Shown: positions 30,564-41,514, counted from the first letter of the stretch. The stretch: DNA of 64,000 nt from Leptolyngbyaceae cyanobacterium (GCA_965263355.1 CBDHHL010000032.1:2624001-2688000), one strand, 5' to 3'. Made by a program: numbers and translations. Notes: generated by a model from the sequence alone, not told the origin.

Positions 30564-33500
30564 ATGAATTGGAATATTTCTGAGTGGTCGATCCGTCGGC
30601 CTGTGCCGACGCTCGTGTTGTTTTTGGTGCTCACCCTATCTGGTTGGCTGTCGTTTACTCAGCTCGGTATTGATAACAATCCCAATATTGATATTCCAGC
30701 GGTGATTGTGTCGGTCAATCAGCTGGGAGCGGGGCCAGAGGAGATGGAAACCCAGATCACCAAAACGGTGGAAGATGCGGTTTCTGGCTTAGGCAATATC
30801 GACAATGTGAGTTCGACAGTGACCGATGGTAACTCCACCACGGTGATCAGTTTTGATTTAGGCGTCGATACGGAACAGGCAACTAACGATGTTCGGGATG
30901 CGGTTACCCGAGTGCGCGACGAGCTGCCCCAGGATGCGCAGGAACCTCAGGTAAGGCGGCTTAAGTTTGAAGGGGGACCGATGCTTACCTACACGGTGAG
31001 TTCCGAGACTCGGTCCGTGGAAAATCTCAGCGACCTGGTCGATCGCACCATTTCTACTGAGCTGTTATCGGTGAAAGGGGTGGCTCAGGTACAACGATTT
31101 GGTGGGGTGGATCGCGAGATTATTGTGGATCTAGATCCAAATGAATTGGATGCATTGGGAATTACAGCAACTCAGGTTAATGATCAGATTCGCAGTTCCA
31201 ATATCAACCTGCCGGGGGGGCGCAGCGACATTTCTGGTCAGGAGCAGGGGATTCGTACCTTGGGTAGTGCGCCAACGGTGGAGCGCTTACAGAATTTAGG
31301 AATTCTGCTATCCGATGGTGAAACGGTGCCCTTAGGCACATTGGGAACGGTTGAAGATGCCTTTGGGGAGACTCGACAGTCAGCATATTTAGACAATGAG
31401 CCGGTGGTATCGTTTTCAGTATTTCGCAGCAATGGCAGTTTGTTGGTGGGTGTGGAAGATGGGGTGAGTGATGCGATCGCAACCCTCTCTGAAACCTTAG
31501 ACGACGTCCAATTCGACCTGATCTACACCCGTGCCACCGACGTCCGCGACTCCTATAAAGCGTCCATTGATGCCCTCATAATTGGTTCGTTGTTGGCCGT
31601 TGTGGTAGTCAGCGTCTTTTTACGCAACTGGCGTACCACCCTAATTACCGCCACGGCCCTGCCGCTTTCGATTATTCCCACCTTTGTCGTTATCCAGGCC
31701 CTGGGCTATACCCTCAACAGCATGACCCTGCTGGCTTTAACCCTGGCCGTTGGGAACCTGGTGGACGACGCCATTGTAGAAATCGAAAACGTGGAGCGGC
31801 ACATTGCCATGGGTAAGCGACCCATGCGAGCAGCCATGGACTCCACCGCTGAAGTCGGTTTGGCCGTGGTCACCACCACCGCGACCATTGTGGCTGTCTT
31901 TTTACCCGTGGCCTTTATGGGTGGTGTGCCCGGTCAGTTTTTCCAACCCTTTGGCGTCACCGTAGCAGTCTCCACCATGTTCTCCACCCTGGTGGCCCGT
32001 TTGATGACGCCAATGATGGCAGCCTATCTGCTGACACCAAAGCCAGTGCAAGAGAAATCCATCGGTCAATCCGATGGTTACCGAGCTGGCGATATCTATG
32101 TACCCAAAGGACTAATTCCCTATTTCCGTTTGGTACGCGGGGCGCTACGCCACCGCATTTTAACCATCGGGCTGGCAGTGGGCTTTTTTATCGCCAGTCT
32201 GATGTTGTCGCGGTTTATTCCCACAAGTTTATTTGCTGCAGGCGATACGGGCCTCTCTAACTTGAGTATTGAACTGCCCCCTGGCAGTACGCTGGCCAAA
32301 ACAGAACTGGTGACCCAGTATGTGAGCGATCAGCTAAATGCTAATCCAGCCGTAGACAGCGTCTACATTTCCCAGGATCCTGCAGAAGCATCTGCCGTAG
32401 CTCGGCTAACGCCCAAAAATGAACGCATATCGCGGGGGCAGTTTGAAAATGAAATGCGTCAGGTTTTGAGGCAGGTACCCGGTGCCCGGATTAGTTTTGA
32501 GAATCAGGGGGGAGCTGGGGGTGGCGGTAAAGCCCTGGAGGTGACCCTGCGCAGTGATAATCCTGTTGCCCTTAAGGCCGCCTCAGACACCCTCACCCAG
32601 GAAATTCGACAGATTCCTGGCCTGGTGGAAGTTAGCTCTAGCGCCAATCTGGTACAGCCCGAGATTTTGATTCGTCCCGACGTGGAGCGGGCGGCAGATT
32701 TGGGGGTAACGGTGAGAGACATTGCCAATACGGCCTCCCTGGCCACCCTGGGTGATGCTGAGTCTGATCTGGCTGAATTTGATGTCGGCGATCGCCAAAT
32801 CCCGATTCGAGTGCGGCTGGCCTCTGAGTTTCGCAATGACCTGTCCACCCTAGAAAACTTAAAGGTGCTCAATAATCAAGGGCAGCTAGTCCCCTTGATT
32901 GCCGTGGCCGATGTCGACTTTGGTAGTGGTCCCGCCCAGATTGACCGGCTTGATCGGTCGCGACAGGTCACCATTGGTGCCAACTTAGATGGCATTACCT
33001 TAGGGCAAGGGCTGCAGCAAGTGTATGAGCTGCCCGCATTTGTCAATTTGCCCGATGGGGTTTCCCAACAACCCTCCGGCGACGCCGAAATTATGCAAGA
33101 AGTCTTTAGCCGGTTTGGCATTGCCCTGGCTACAGCAGTGGTGATGATCTATGCCGTGCTGGTGCTGCTGTACAACAGCTTTATCTATCCCCTTGCGGTC
33201 ATGGCAGCGTTGCCCCTCTGTATTGGTGGCGCGCTATTGGGGTTGATGATTGCCCAGAAGCCGTTAGGACTGTTTGCCCTAATTGGCATTGTGTTGTTGC
33301 TGGGGCTGGTGACCAAAAACTCGATTTTGCTGGTGGACTATGCCCTGATGGCAAGAGAAAAGGGGATATCACTGCGGCAGTCAGTGATAGAGGCCGGTCT
33401 GACCCGATTACGCCCGATTTTGATGACGTCCATTTCGACTATGGCGGGGATGGTCCCCATTGCCATGGAGTGGGGGGCTGGTGGTGAAACCCGCAGTCCT

Positions 33501-33686
33501 ATGGCCATTGCGGTCATTGGTGGATTCTCCACAGCGACATTGTTGACTTTAGTCGTAATCCCAGTGTGTTTTACTTTTATTGCTCAGTTTAACGATTGGC
33601 TGGGTTCGTTGTTAACCCGTTTGACCGGGCTAGGGGGCAATCCAGAGACAAAACAACCGGAGCCGATGGCAACGGGGATTAAATAA
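30564..33686 (+). CDS. RND efflux permease (AcrB/MdtB family)
   Basis: SIRRPV, LVDDAIVEIEN, GLVTKNSILLVD, RLRPILMT; 1040 aa. Confidence 0.95.
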   Translation: MNWNISEWSIRRPVPTLVLFLVLTLSGWLSFTQLGIDNNPNIDIPAVIVSVNQLGAGPEEMETQITKTVEDAVSGLGNIDNVSSTVTDGNSTTVISFDLGVDTEQATNDVRDAVTRVRDELPQDAQEPQVRRLKFEGGPMLTYTVSSETRSVENLSDLVDRTISTELLSVKGVAQVQRFGGVDREIIVDLDPNELDALGITATQVNDQIRSSNINLPGGRSDISGQEQGIRTLGSAPTVERLQNLGILLSDGETVPLGTLGTVEDAFGETRQSAYLDNEPVVSFSVFRSNGSLLVGVEDGVSDAIATLSETLDDVQFDLIYTRATDVRDSYKASIDALIIGSLLAVVVVSVFLRNWRTTLITATALPLSIIPTFVVIQALGYTLNSMTLLALTLAVGNLVDDAIVEIENVERHIAMGKRPMRAAMDSTAEVGLAVVTTTATIVAVFLPVAFMGGVPGQFFQPFGVTVAVSTMFSTLVARLMTPMMAAYLLTPKPVQEKSIGQSDGYRAGDIYVPKGLIPYFRLVRGALRHRILTIGLAVGFFIASLMLSRFIPTSLFAAGDTGLSNLSIELPPGSTLAKTELVTQYVSDQLNANPAVDSVYISQDPAEASAVARLTPKNERISRGQFENEMRQVLRQVPGARISFENQGGAGGGGKALEVTLRSDNPVALKAASDTLTQEIRQIPGLVEVSSSANLVQPEILIRPDVERAADLGVTVRDIANTASLATLGDAESDLAEFDVGDRQIPIRVRLASEFRNDLSTLENLKVLNNQGQLVPLIAVADVDFGSGPAQIDRLDRSRQVTIGANLDGITLGQGLQQVYELPAFVNLPDGVSQQPSGDAEIMQEVFSRFGIALATAVVMIYAVLVLLYNSFIYPLAVMAALPLCIGGALLGLMIAQKPLGLFALIGIVLLLGLVTKNSILLVDYALMAREKGISLRQSVIEAGLTRLRPILMTSISTMAGMVPIAMEWGAGGETRSPMAIAVIGGFSTATLLTLVVIPVCFTFIAQFNDWLGSLLTRLTGLGGNPETKQPEPMATGIK

Positions 33687-33812
33687 TGCGTTTGCTTAAA
33701 CTGTCGGTGCGTTAATGTCGGTGTGGCCGAAATATCGATTTCTCGATGTGTATCAATTATGTACAGTTTCTTAGTTGATACAGAGTGCTCGTTTAGGAAC
33801 GAGTCTAAAACC

Positions 33813-34187
33813 ATGGCTAACAACAGCGACTATCGGCAGTTTTTACCAGATGATGAGTTTGCTCGCGATCGCATCATCGTAGATGTGCCCATTTCACCAT
33901 TGTCCTTTGAGATCGAGCAAATTCCCAATGGCTATGATCCTATGGGGAGAGTTTATTTGGGAGGCCGAGTCAACAGACGATTAGCCAGTGGCAAAATCCC
34001 ATGGTGGGTATTGATGACTAGCTGGTTTTTTGCAGGAATAACAATTTTTGCCGGGGTGATACCGTTGTTTCCCCTTACTGTCATAGAGCTGTTGATAGTT
34101 GTTATCCTATTGCCATTTCCTCTGATGATTTTGTGGCGAGGAACAAAGGCTAAACTCTCTACAAGAAAAAACAGGTCTAGGGATTAA
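33813..34187 (+). CDS. Hypothetical 2-TM membrane protein
   Basis: ATG 33813; YDPMG motif followed by two hydrophobic helices. Confidence 0.6.
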   Translation: MANNSDYRQFLPDDEFARDRIIVDVPISPLSFEIEQIPNGYDPMGRVYLGGRVNRRLASGKIPWWVLMTSWFFAGITIFAGVIPLFPLTVIELLIVVILLPFPLMILWRGTKAKLSTRKNRSRD

Positions 34188-34247
34188 GCCGGGTGAAAAT
34201 CCCCCTGTAAAAAGTGGTATTTTCGGGTGTGGAATTAGAATTTGATA

Positions 34248-34682
34248 TTAAGCCGAATTGTTAACGCCAAAGGCTTCTTGGATGGGTTGTTGCAAAAAGT
34301 AGTAGATATAGAAGCCACTAAAGGCAACAGAGGCGACGCTGATGGGGTTGATCATGATTAGTCCGCCCAGGTTGCCAAAAATCCCTAAGGCTTGAAGACC
34401 TAGATTTAGATACCAGGCCCAGGATTGTAGTGCCCATAGTCCGATGGCGATGGCGGCATTGGCCAAGGCTATGACCAGAAAGATGCCACCCAGTACCTTG
34501 GGAAAGGTTTCAGGCACACTTGGAGGCAGCTGATCCAGGAAATCTGACATCTCTGGCTCCAATCGCATCTGTTCCAGAATGACCTTGCTCAAAAAAAAGG
34601 CGGTAATGCCCATAAGAATAAACAGTAGGGCCTGGAGTCCGTCAAGGATTGCCAAAATTGTCACACCGATGGGTCGCTTCAT
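34248..34682 (-). CDS. Hypothetical 4-TM membrane protein
   Basis: MKRPIGVTILAI start and GLWALQSWAW; four hydrophobic segments. Confidence 0.75.
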   Translation of the reverse strand: MKRPIGVTILAILDGLQALLFILMGITAFFLSKVILEQMRLEPEMSDFLDQLPPSVPETFPKVLGGIFLVIALANAAIAIGLWALQSWAWYLNLGLQALGIFGNLGGLIMINPISVASVAFSGFYIYYFLQQPIQEAFGVNNSA

Positions 34683-34785
34683 CGCTTTGCAGCTGAATCT
34701 ATAGTTTTACGGTATAGCAATTTTGGGCCATGGGGTTAAATACAACTCGCTATAATCATGGCTGCTTGTTTCCTGAGAAAACCCT

Positions 34786-37047
34786 ATGCAGTTTGCTCCC
34801 GTTATTGCCAAGGACCTGTCCGTTCGACCTGCTCAAGTGGAGGCGGCGTTAGAACTTTTAGAGACGGGGGCAACGGTACCGTTTATTGCCCGATATCGTA
34901 AGGAAAAGACGGGGGAGCTGGATGAACGGCAACTGCGGCAGATTGAGGAGCAGTTTGCCTATCTGACAGAGCTGACGAATCGCAAACAGACGGTACTGGA
35001 GTCGATTGAAGGTCAGGGAAAGCTGACAGATGAGCTACGCGATCGCATCCAAAACTGCACCAGCAAGACCGAACTAGAGGACCTGTACCTGCCCTACCGA
35101 CCCAAACGCCGCACCCGCGCTACGGTAGCCCGTGAAAAGGGCCTGGAACCACTGGCTCAGCAGATTGCTCAGCTAAATCAATCTGGGGAAGCCGTGAAAT
35201 CCTTGGAGGAACTAGCGGCGCAGTTTATCTCTGATGAGGTACCTGATGCAGCGGCAGCTTTGCAGGGGGCGTCAGACATTTTGGCAGAGGGGATTGCCGA
35301 ACGCTCAGAGTTAAGGGCCTATGTGCGGCAGACCCTGGAAAAAACGGGGGTGTTCAGTTCAAAGATTAAGCCAGATTATCCCGAGGGGAGTACCAAGTAT
35401 GAAATGTATCGCAAGTATGAGTGTGCGATCGCAAAGCTCGCCCCACACAATTTGCTGGCCCTACTGCGGGGCGACAAAGAAGGTATCCTCAAAACCAGTC
35501 TCACGGGCGACGAAGATAAAATTTTAGAACATTTGGAGTATAGCCAGATCCGCACTAAGCAGGCCAATGTGCGACAGTTTTACCAAACCCTGATCAAGGA
35601 TGCATTCTCTCGGCTAATGAAAAATTCCCTCACCAATGAGGTGATTTCAGAGAAAAAAGCCTGGGCGGATGGTGAATCGATTGATACCTTTGCGGTGAAT
35701 ATTAAAAATCTGTTGTTGGCAGCTCCGGCGGGGATGAAGCCAACACTGGGAGTGGACCCTGGCTTTCGCACAGGCTGTAAGGTGGCGGCCATTGATGGAA
35801 CCGGCAAGTTTTTAGAATATAAGGCAATTTTTCCCCATACGGGTAAACAGGAGAGTGCAGCAAAGAGTCTTCTGGAGTTAATTAAAAAACACAATATTCA
35901 GCTAATTGCCATTGGCAATGGCACCGCTAGCCGCGAGACAGATGCGTTTGTCGCAGAGGTGATTAGAGAGCTAACCCCTAAACCCATTAAGGTGATGGTA
36001 AATGAGTCGGGGGCATCGATTTACTCGGCAAGTGAGGTTGCGATCGCTGAATTTCCTGACCTGGATGTAACGGTGCGGGGAGCCATTAGTATTGCCCGCA
36101 GGCTACAGGATCCCCTGGCGGAGTTGGTGAAGATTGAACCCAAGTCCATCGGTGTAGGACAATATCAGCATGATGTAGACCAAAAGTCCCTAAAGCAAAA
36201 GCTGGATGCGACGGTAGAAAGCTGTGTGAACTATGTGGGGGTGGATTTGAATATTGCCTCCCGTGAGTTGTTGACCTATGTATCGGGAATTAGTTCGTCT
36301 ATTGCGAATAATATTGTTGCCTATCGCAATGAGAATGGTGCCTTTGACAACCGGCGACAGTTATTAAAAGTAGCAAAGCTGGGGCCAAAGGCATACGAAC
36401 AGTGTGCGGGCTTTTTACGCATTCGTGATGGGAAAAACCCGTTGGACAATACGGCGGTGCACCCGGAGAGCTATGACATTGCTACAACAATTTTGAAAGA
36501 CAAAGGTGTGGATGTAAAAGCAGGGTTGAGTGAGCTAAATTTGGCGAGTTTGGACCTGCAGCGGTATGTAACAGATGCGGTAGGTTTGCCCACTTTGCGA
36601 GACATTATTGAAGAGTTAGAGAAGCCGGGACGGGACCCACGGGCGGAGTTTACCTATGCCAATTTCCAGGAAGGAGTGAATGAGATTTCCGATCTAACTG
36701 AAGGGATGGTATTGGAAGGGGTGATTACGAATGTGGCGAATTTTGGGGCGTTTGTGGATATTGGGGTGCATCAGGATGGGTTGGTGCATATTTCGCAGCT
36801 GGCGAATCGGTTTGTGACGGACCCGAAGGAGATTGTGCAGGTGGGGCAGGTGGTGAAGGTAAAAGTAATGGAGATAAATAAAGACCTAAAGCGGATTGGG
36901 TTGAGTATAAAGGCGGTGGATGGCGAGGGCGGTGGACGGTCTGCGCCGAGGCCAAGTAAGAAGCAAGCGGTGGAAAAGGCGGCACCGAAGTCAGCGAGTT
37001 TGTCGGATTTGCAAGCGAAGTTTAGTCGACCCAAGCGGCGGCGGTAA
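34786..37047 (+). CDS. tex: Tex-family transcription accessory protein
   Basis: GATVPFIARYRKE, DPGFRTGCK, ESGASIYSAS, GVGQYQHDV; C-terminal S1 domain. Confidence 0.95.
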   Translation: MQFAPVIAKDLSVRPAQVEAALELLETGATVPFIARYRKEKTGELDERQLRQIEEQFAYLTELTNRKQTVLESIEGQGKLTDELRDRIQNCTSKTELEDLYLPYRPKRRTRATVAREKGLEPLAQQIAQLNQSGEAVKSLEELAAQFISDEVPDAAAALQGASDILAEGIAERSELRAYVRQTLEKTGVFSSKIKPDYPEGSTKYEMYRKYECAIAKLAPHNLLALLRGDKEGILKTSLTGDEDKILEHLEYSQIRTKQANVRQFYQTLIKDAFSRLMKNSLTNEVISEKKAWADGESIDTFAVNIKNLLLAAPAGMKPTLGVDPGFRTGCKVAAIDGTGKFLEYKAIFPHTGKQESAAKSLLELIKKHNIQLIAIGNGTASRETDAFVAEVIRELTPKPIKVMVNESGASIYSASEVAIAEFPDLDVTVRGAISIARRLQDPLAELVKIEPKSIGVGQYQHDVDQKSLKQKLDATVESCVNYVGVDLNIASRELLTYVSGISSSIANNIVAYRNENGAFDNRRQLLKVAKLGPKAYEQCAGFLRIRDGKNPLDNTAVHPESYDIATTILKDKGVDVKAGLSELNLASLDLQRYVTDAVGLPTLRDIIEELEKPGRDPRAEFTYANFQEGVNEISDLTEGMVLEGVITNVANFGAFVDIGVHQDGLVHISQLANRFVTDPKEIVQVGQVVKVKVMEINKDLKRIGLSIKAVDGEGGGRSAPRPSKKQAVEKAAPKSASLSDLQAKFSRPKRRR

Positions 37048-37057
37048 CCTAACTCAT

Positions 37058-37268
37058 ATCTTGCACCTGGCGAGGAAGCACTAACCCGCCCCGCACTCAA
37101 AGTGACAGGGCTCATAGATTCAAAACCCACTAAAGAGGTTAAAGACCACTGAAAGCGCTATACCTAGAGCCTCACAGCCAATTTGTCCCTTTAGTGGACA
37201 GTCCTCAATTAGCGTTGGGTTTTGAACCCGACGTGGGTTTGAGCCTCACAACCGATTTAGTGCAAGAT
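37058..37268. mobile_element. MITE/REPIN-like non-coding element
   Basis: Terminal inverted repeats ATCTTGCAC / GTGCAAGAT with internal imperfect hairpins; no ORF. Confidence 0.55.
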
Positions 37269-37365
37269 CTAACCTAAACCCTGAATATTCGATGCTAGCC
37301 TAGCCATAGACGCTAACTAAATATTTCTTCTTTACCCAATTAAAAACCCTTAAGGGATTCGGAGT

Positions 37366-37953
37366 ATGGTAGTTACCCTCTACAAATGGACACTGGATCG
37401 ATACCACGCAGCAATTGCATCAGGACTTTTCGATGATCAGTCCGTTGAACTATTAGGTGGAGACATCGTAGTTATGGCCCCCGAACGAGAACCCCATGCT
37501 TGCTATAGCAGTGACGGAGCCGAGTATCTACGCCAGTTATTAGGAAACCGAGCCGCCATCAGAGAAACTAAACCTGTCACCCTGCCCGATAACTCTGAAC
37601 CCATTCCTGATATAGCCATTGTTAAACCTCCACTACGTCGCTATCTAGAGCATCATCCTTATCCAGACGATATTTGTTGGTTATCCGATGCTACTGCTAT
37701 ATTTACGATCTCTCCAAAACTTGAAGGTGGAACTCTATCGACTTTAACATTTGCAAAAAAATACAAAAAGCCTTGGATTCACCTAGTGAGTTTATATGAC
37801 GGTTCTCATGTTATTACACAGTTGATAGAATTCCTGCAAAAACACAATATACATATACTGAACATCGCAGGACCACGTGAATCTGAAGAAGAAGAAATTG
37901 GAGATTTTGTGTCTAGTACTCTGGGAAAAGTCTATCGAAAGCTTACGCCATAA
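37366..37953 (+). pseudogene. Chimeric ORF: Uma2 N-terminal half fused to the C-terminal half of a putative Mo-carrier/YpsA-like protein
   Basis: aa 1-106 are Uma2 (VELLGG, SEPIPDIAIV, HHPYPDDI); after ~37683 AT-rich SDAT..GGT..KPWIH..LNIAGPRES. Confidence 0.65.
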
Positions 37954-37999
37954 TAACCACAATAGGTATACACCATTATTAAATCATTCCGACCTGACG

Positions 38000-38494
38000 A
38001 TGCCTCTGCAACACCTCCAAACAGACCTATTAGCCCTGTCAAACGAAGACAAAGCAAAAGCTATGCAGCTTTTAGCAGCTAGTCTGGATGGTACCTGGGT
38101 TGGTATTGAAAAATCACCAGAAACAACCAATGCAGATGCCTTTATCCGCCAAACAGGTATAGCCGTCTGGTTTCTCGTTCATCGCCATAACCATGGCATC
38201 TCAGACGCAGAACTCTTAGCCGAGTACCCACAGCTTACCGCCACAGACCTCGCCAACGCATGGCTCTACGCCCAGATTCATGCAGAAGAAGTACAATCTG
38301 CTATTCAACGACACCTGGCAAATCAACACCCTGACCCTGATGACGATCCTAAAGAAGAAGTCTTAGCCAACCTCAAACAAGCCTGGCAAGAGGCAAGATC
38401 AGGCAATACAATTCCATTATCCCAAATGTGGGATGGCATCGATGATACTGAGGCATTGGGTCTTGCAGACTGTCAATCAGGACAAGAACAATAA
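38000..38494 (+). CDS. DUF433-domain protein with fused antitoxin-like tail
   Basis: GIEKSP..A.IRQTGIAVW..ELLAEYPQLT..DLANAW.Y, then LKQAWQEA..GNTIPLSQMWDGID. Confidence 0.6.
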   Translation: MPLQHLQTDLLALSNEDKAKAMQLLAASLDGTWVGIEKSPETTNADAFIRQTGIAVWFLVHRHNHGISDAELLAEYPQLTATDLANAWLYAQIHAEEVQSAIQRHLANQHPDPDDDPKEEVLANLKQAWQEARSGNTIPLSQMWDGIDDTEALGLADCQSGQEQ

Positions 38495-38495
38495 T

Positions 38496-38855
38496 ATGGA
38501 TTCAAGCCAAACTACCATAGTCCCAAACCTCACCTCTAGAACTCAGAGTCGTCTAGCGATGTCCAGCAATGATATATCTACATTCTGTCAACGTTGGGGT
38601 ATTAGTGCCATGGCCCTCTTCGGTTCTATCCTCCGCGATGACTTCACCGAAGAAAGCGATATTGATATCCTGTTAACCTTTAAGCCTAATGTCCGTCAAG
38701 GACTACTTACCCTAGCCAAAATCAAACATGAGCTAGAAAAACAACTCCATCGCCCAGTTGACATTACCATCAAAGAATCCATCGAAACAAGCGAAAACTG
38801 GATTCGCCGACGAGAAATCTTAACAACAGCTCAAACGATTTATGAACAGAGATAA
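38496..38855 (+). CDS. Minimal nucleotidyltransferase (MNT antitoxin)
   Basis: FCQRWGI..LFGSILRDDF..SDIDIL..RPVDI. Confidence 0.85.
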   Translation: MDSSQTTIVPNLTSRTQSRLAMSSNDISTFCQRWGISAMALFGSILRDDFTEESDIDILLTFKPNVRQGLLTLAKIKHELEKQLHRPVDITIKESIETSENWIRRREILTTAQTIYEQR

Positions 38856-38904
38856 CGCCTCTCTCATAGATATTGTTAACGCCGCTCGGCGAGTCTTGGC
38901 ATTT
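38842..38904 (+). pseudogene. HEPN/DUF86 toxin, first 21 codons only
   Basis: MNRDNASLIDIVNAARRVLAF overlapping the MNT stop, then an abrupt switch to unrelated sequence. Confidence 0.6.
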
Positions 38905-38906
38905 GA

Positions 38907-39251
38907 GCTAGAGCCGTTCTAGATACTATTGCTTTTACACCTTTCGAACAATGCCAACCCCTAAGCCGAAGTTTTAGTAATATTCCTGCTCGTCCTGGCA
39001 TATATGCAATTAGACACAAAACCGAAAGCTTGCTCTACATAGGTAAAACCAAGAGCTTGCGAGGACGCTTCAGCGGTGGTCACAAAGCTTTTTTATGGGC
39101 ATGGCTCGACAAGTATGACGATGATGACATCCGCATAGCAATGCAGCCCATTCCTCACTGGAGAAACCCTGCGTTATTATTGGAGCTAGAAGCCATCATA
39201 TTACGAGCTACTGAGCCCCCTTATAACGTCCAAATCCCACCCGAAAGGTGA
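38907..39251 (+). pseudogene. GIY-YIG nuclease lacking its start
   Basis: Frame reads ARAVLD..PARPGIYAIRH..LLYIGKTKSLRGRF; preceded by TGA at the HEPN junction. Confidence 0.7.
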
Positions 39252-39463
39252 TCGCTATGCAAACTAAACCTCAAGAGCAACTTTCGTCTACCGATGCAGC
39301 CGCCATTTTAGAATGTTTGCCCGTACGTATTCAGGATGCTCTAGTTGCGCGTGCTACTGACATTGAATATCCAGTCGAAGCAGTTATTGAAATGGCAATT
39401 GCTAGCTTTCTAGATACTGAGGCATTGGGGTTTGCAGACTGTAAACCTGGACGAGGGCAATAG
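39248..39463 (+). CDS. Small hypothetical protein
   Basis: 71 aa, overlaps the GIY-YIG stop (GTGA); YPVEAVIEMAIASFLD..FADCKP. Confidence 0.6.
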   Translation: MIAMQTKPQEQLSSTDAAAILECLPVRIQDALVARATDIEYPVEAVIEMAIASFLDTEALGFADCKPGRGQ

Positions 39464-39528
39464 AGATCATTATCTAAAGCCTCAGTAAATCCCGACAATT
39501 CGATTCTTGCAAGGCTAGATAATATCCT

Positions 39529-40095
39529 ATGGTTCAGCTCAAACCAAGATTTCAAACATTTGAAGACTACCTCGCCTACGATAACGGCAGCGATACGCTG
39601 TATGAGCTATTTAATGGAGAATTAATTGAACTACCAACAGAATCAGGGTTCAACGTTGAAATCGCCACACTTTTACTCACCCTGTTTATCGCTAAGGTCG
39701 GCTATCAAAGCGTTCGGGGCCATGGTCTAGAGCTAGAAGTGCACGGAGAGCCCAGAAACCGATACCCCGACTTAACTGTCATTCGCGAAGAACACATCGA
39801 CCAGCTAAAGCAACGAAATACCATTCGACTATCCATGGCCCCTCCACTATTAGTCGTTGAGGTCGTTAGCCCTGGAGCACTGCAGCGCGATCGCGACTAT
39901 ATTGCCAAGCGCCACCAGTATGAAGCAATTGATATCCCTGAATACTGGATTGTAAACCCCCAGGAGAAAACAATCCTGGTATTGGAACTGATGGACGGTT
40001 CCTACATTGAGAAAAGCCTGTTTAGTGGAAGCGATGTTATCTCATCATCTAATTTCGGTGACCTGTCGTTAACAGTTAAGGAAGTGTTGCCTTAA
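39529..40095 (+). CDS. Uma2 family endonuclease
   Basis: [37 protein letters not shown]. Confidence 0.9.
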   Translation: MVQLKPRFQTFEDYLAYDNGSDTLYELFNGELIELPTESGFNVEIATLLLTLFIAKVGYQSVRGHGLELEVHGEPRNRYPDLTVIREEHIDQLKQRNTIRLSMAPPLLVVEVVSPGALQRDRDYIAKRHQYEAIDIPEYWIVNPQEKTILVLELMDGSYIEKSLFSGSDVISSSNFGDLSLTVKEVLP

Positions 40096-40098
40096 ATT

Positions 40099-40239
40099 AT
40101 GGACGCTGTTAAACCTTTCCTAACCTATAACCTTAACCTTAAAACTCAAAGACGCTTGGGCATGTCCTACAATAATGCGTCTGATTTCTGTCAACGCTGG
40201 GGTATCTGTAACATGGCCCTTTTCGGCTCTATCCTCCGT
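40099..40239 (+). pseudogene. Second MNT copy, truncated
   Basis: FCQRWGICNMALFGSILR matches 38496-38855, then breaks off. Confidence 0.7.
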
Positions 40240-40240
40240 T

Positions 40241-40497
40241 TTGATACAAGCTCAGCGTCAAGTGACCCTCGGGGCCTTAGCCAGTTTATTTCCTCAACCG
40301 ATCAAATATGCGAGTCGTAAACGGAATCTGCAACGGTTTTTAGTTCTCCCGCGTCTGAGCCTAAAATTGTTGTGGTTTCCGTTGGTCAAATATTGGATTC
40401 GCCAGGCTCAAACGGGTCATCGTCTCAATCGAGAGCAGCATCGTCGGTTAAAAAAACTCATCAAAGTATGGGTATTGGCTGATAGCCATAGACCGAA
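40241..40497 (+). mobile_element. IS4-like transposase internal fragment (frameshifted)
   Basis: QAQRQVTL..LASLFPQPIKYASRKRNLQRFL..LWFPLVKYW, then in a shifted frame GYWLIAIDR. Confidence 0.65.
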
Positions 40498-40605
40498 TCC
40501 AAAAGACTTCCATTTTGAGCCATCGACCGAGAGCCATCACTGGGGTTCGGAGTCTGCAACTGTTATCACTCAAGATTCTCTTTTTGGTTATCTGACCACA
40601 AAACA

Positions 40606-41514
40606 CTAATCAACACCTTCAAAGCGCCAGGGAACCGGATCAACCGCTACCCCATGCACATAAAGACCCCAGTGCAGGTGCGGGCCAGTTGATGCCCCGG
40701 TTGACCCGACTCCGCCAATCACCTGTCCGGCCTTAACAAAGTCTCCTTCGGCAACGTCTATGCGGCTCAGGTGAATCATAATGCTCAATACGCCCTGACC
40801 GTGGTCAACACCGATGGTGTTGCCGTGGAGTTCGAAGCCGTCAGCCACTCGCCCTACCAGTCGGATGTACCCCGCCGCTGGAGAAACAACCGGTGACCCG
40901 GTGGCGGCAGCGTAGTCCACACCTCGGTGGTAATAGTTTTCGGCGAACTCGCCATTGTAATATCGCCGGACGCCAAATACAGTACTGACGTAGCCCTGGC
41001 TAGGACGGATCAGAGCCCCTTGCCAGTGACGTTCTGGTGTGACGAGGCGCTTGAACTCGGCGACGCGGTCAAATTCGTGATCGGTCCCCAGGTCGGTGCT
41101 ACCCGCAGGGAGCCAAATGCTCTGGGTGGCAAAGGAGCGGTTTGCCAGATTTACCGTTAGGCGACGTGACGAGCCTGCGGCAGAGACATCTAACGTCAGA
41201 CGTCCGGGAGTATCCAGCGGACTGGTGGGAATCAACGCTCGGTAACGATTACCGGATATCTGAAAACTGGGATAGTTGGTGCCGTTGACCGAAACCACCG
41301 GGGCCGTGCTAGCCGCTGAAGCACCAGAGATGACAACCGAAATGGTATCGCCCAGCTTTGGGTTCGTTGGCGAAAGGGTGACATCATAAGCCTGGGCGGC
41401 AGGACTCCAAAGGCTACCGCTGGCAACTGTGCCGACCATTGCTCCCGCCATCGTCAGAAAAGCGCGGCGGCGCAGGCGGGGGGGAATGACAGGACTAATT
41501 TTGGGCTGCTTCAT
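40606..41514 (-). CDS. M23 family metallopeptidase with Tat-like signal
   Basis: RRRAFL; YYHRGVDY, STGPHLHWG. Confidence 0.9.
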   Translation of the reverse strand: MKQPKISPVIPPRLRRRAFLTMAGAMVGTVASGSLWSPAAQAYDVTLSPTNPKLGDTISVVISGASAASTAPVVSVNGTNYPSFQISGNRYRALIPTSPLDTPGRLTLDVSAAGSSRRLTVNLANRSFATQSIWLPAGSTDLGTDHEFDRVAEFKRLVTPERHWQGALIRPSQGYVSTVFGVRRYYNGEFAENYYHRGVDYAAATGSPVVSPAAGYIRLVGRVADGFELHGNTIGVDHGQGVLSIMIHLSRIDVAEGDFVKAGQVIGGVGSTGASTGPHLHWGLYVHGVAVDPVPWRFEGVD

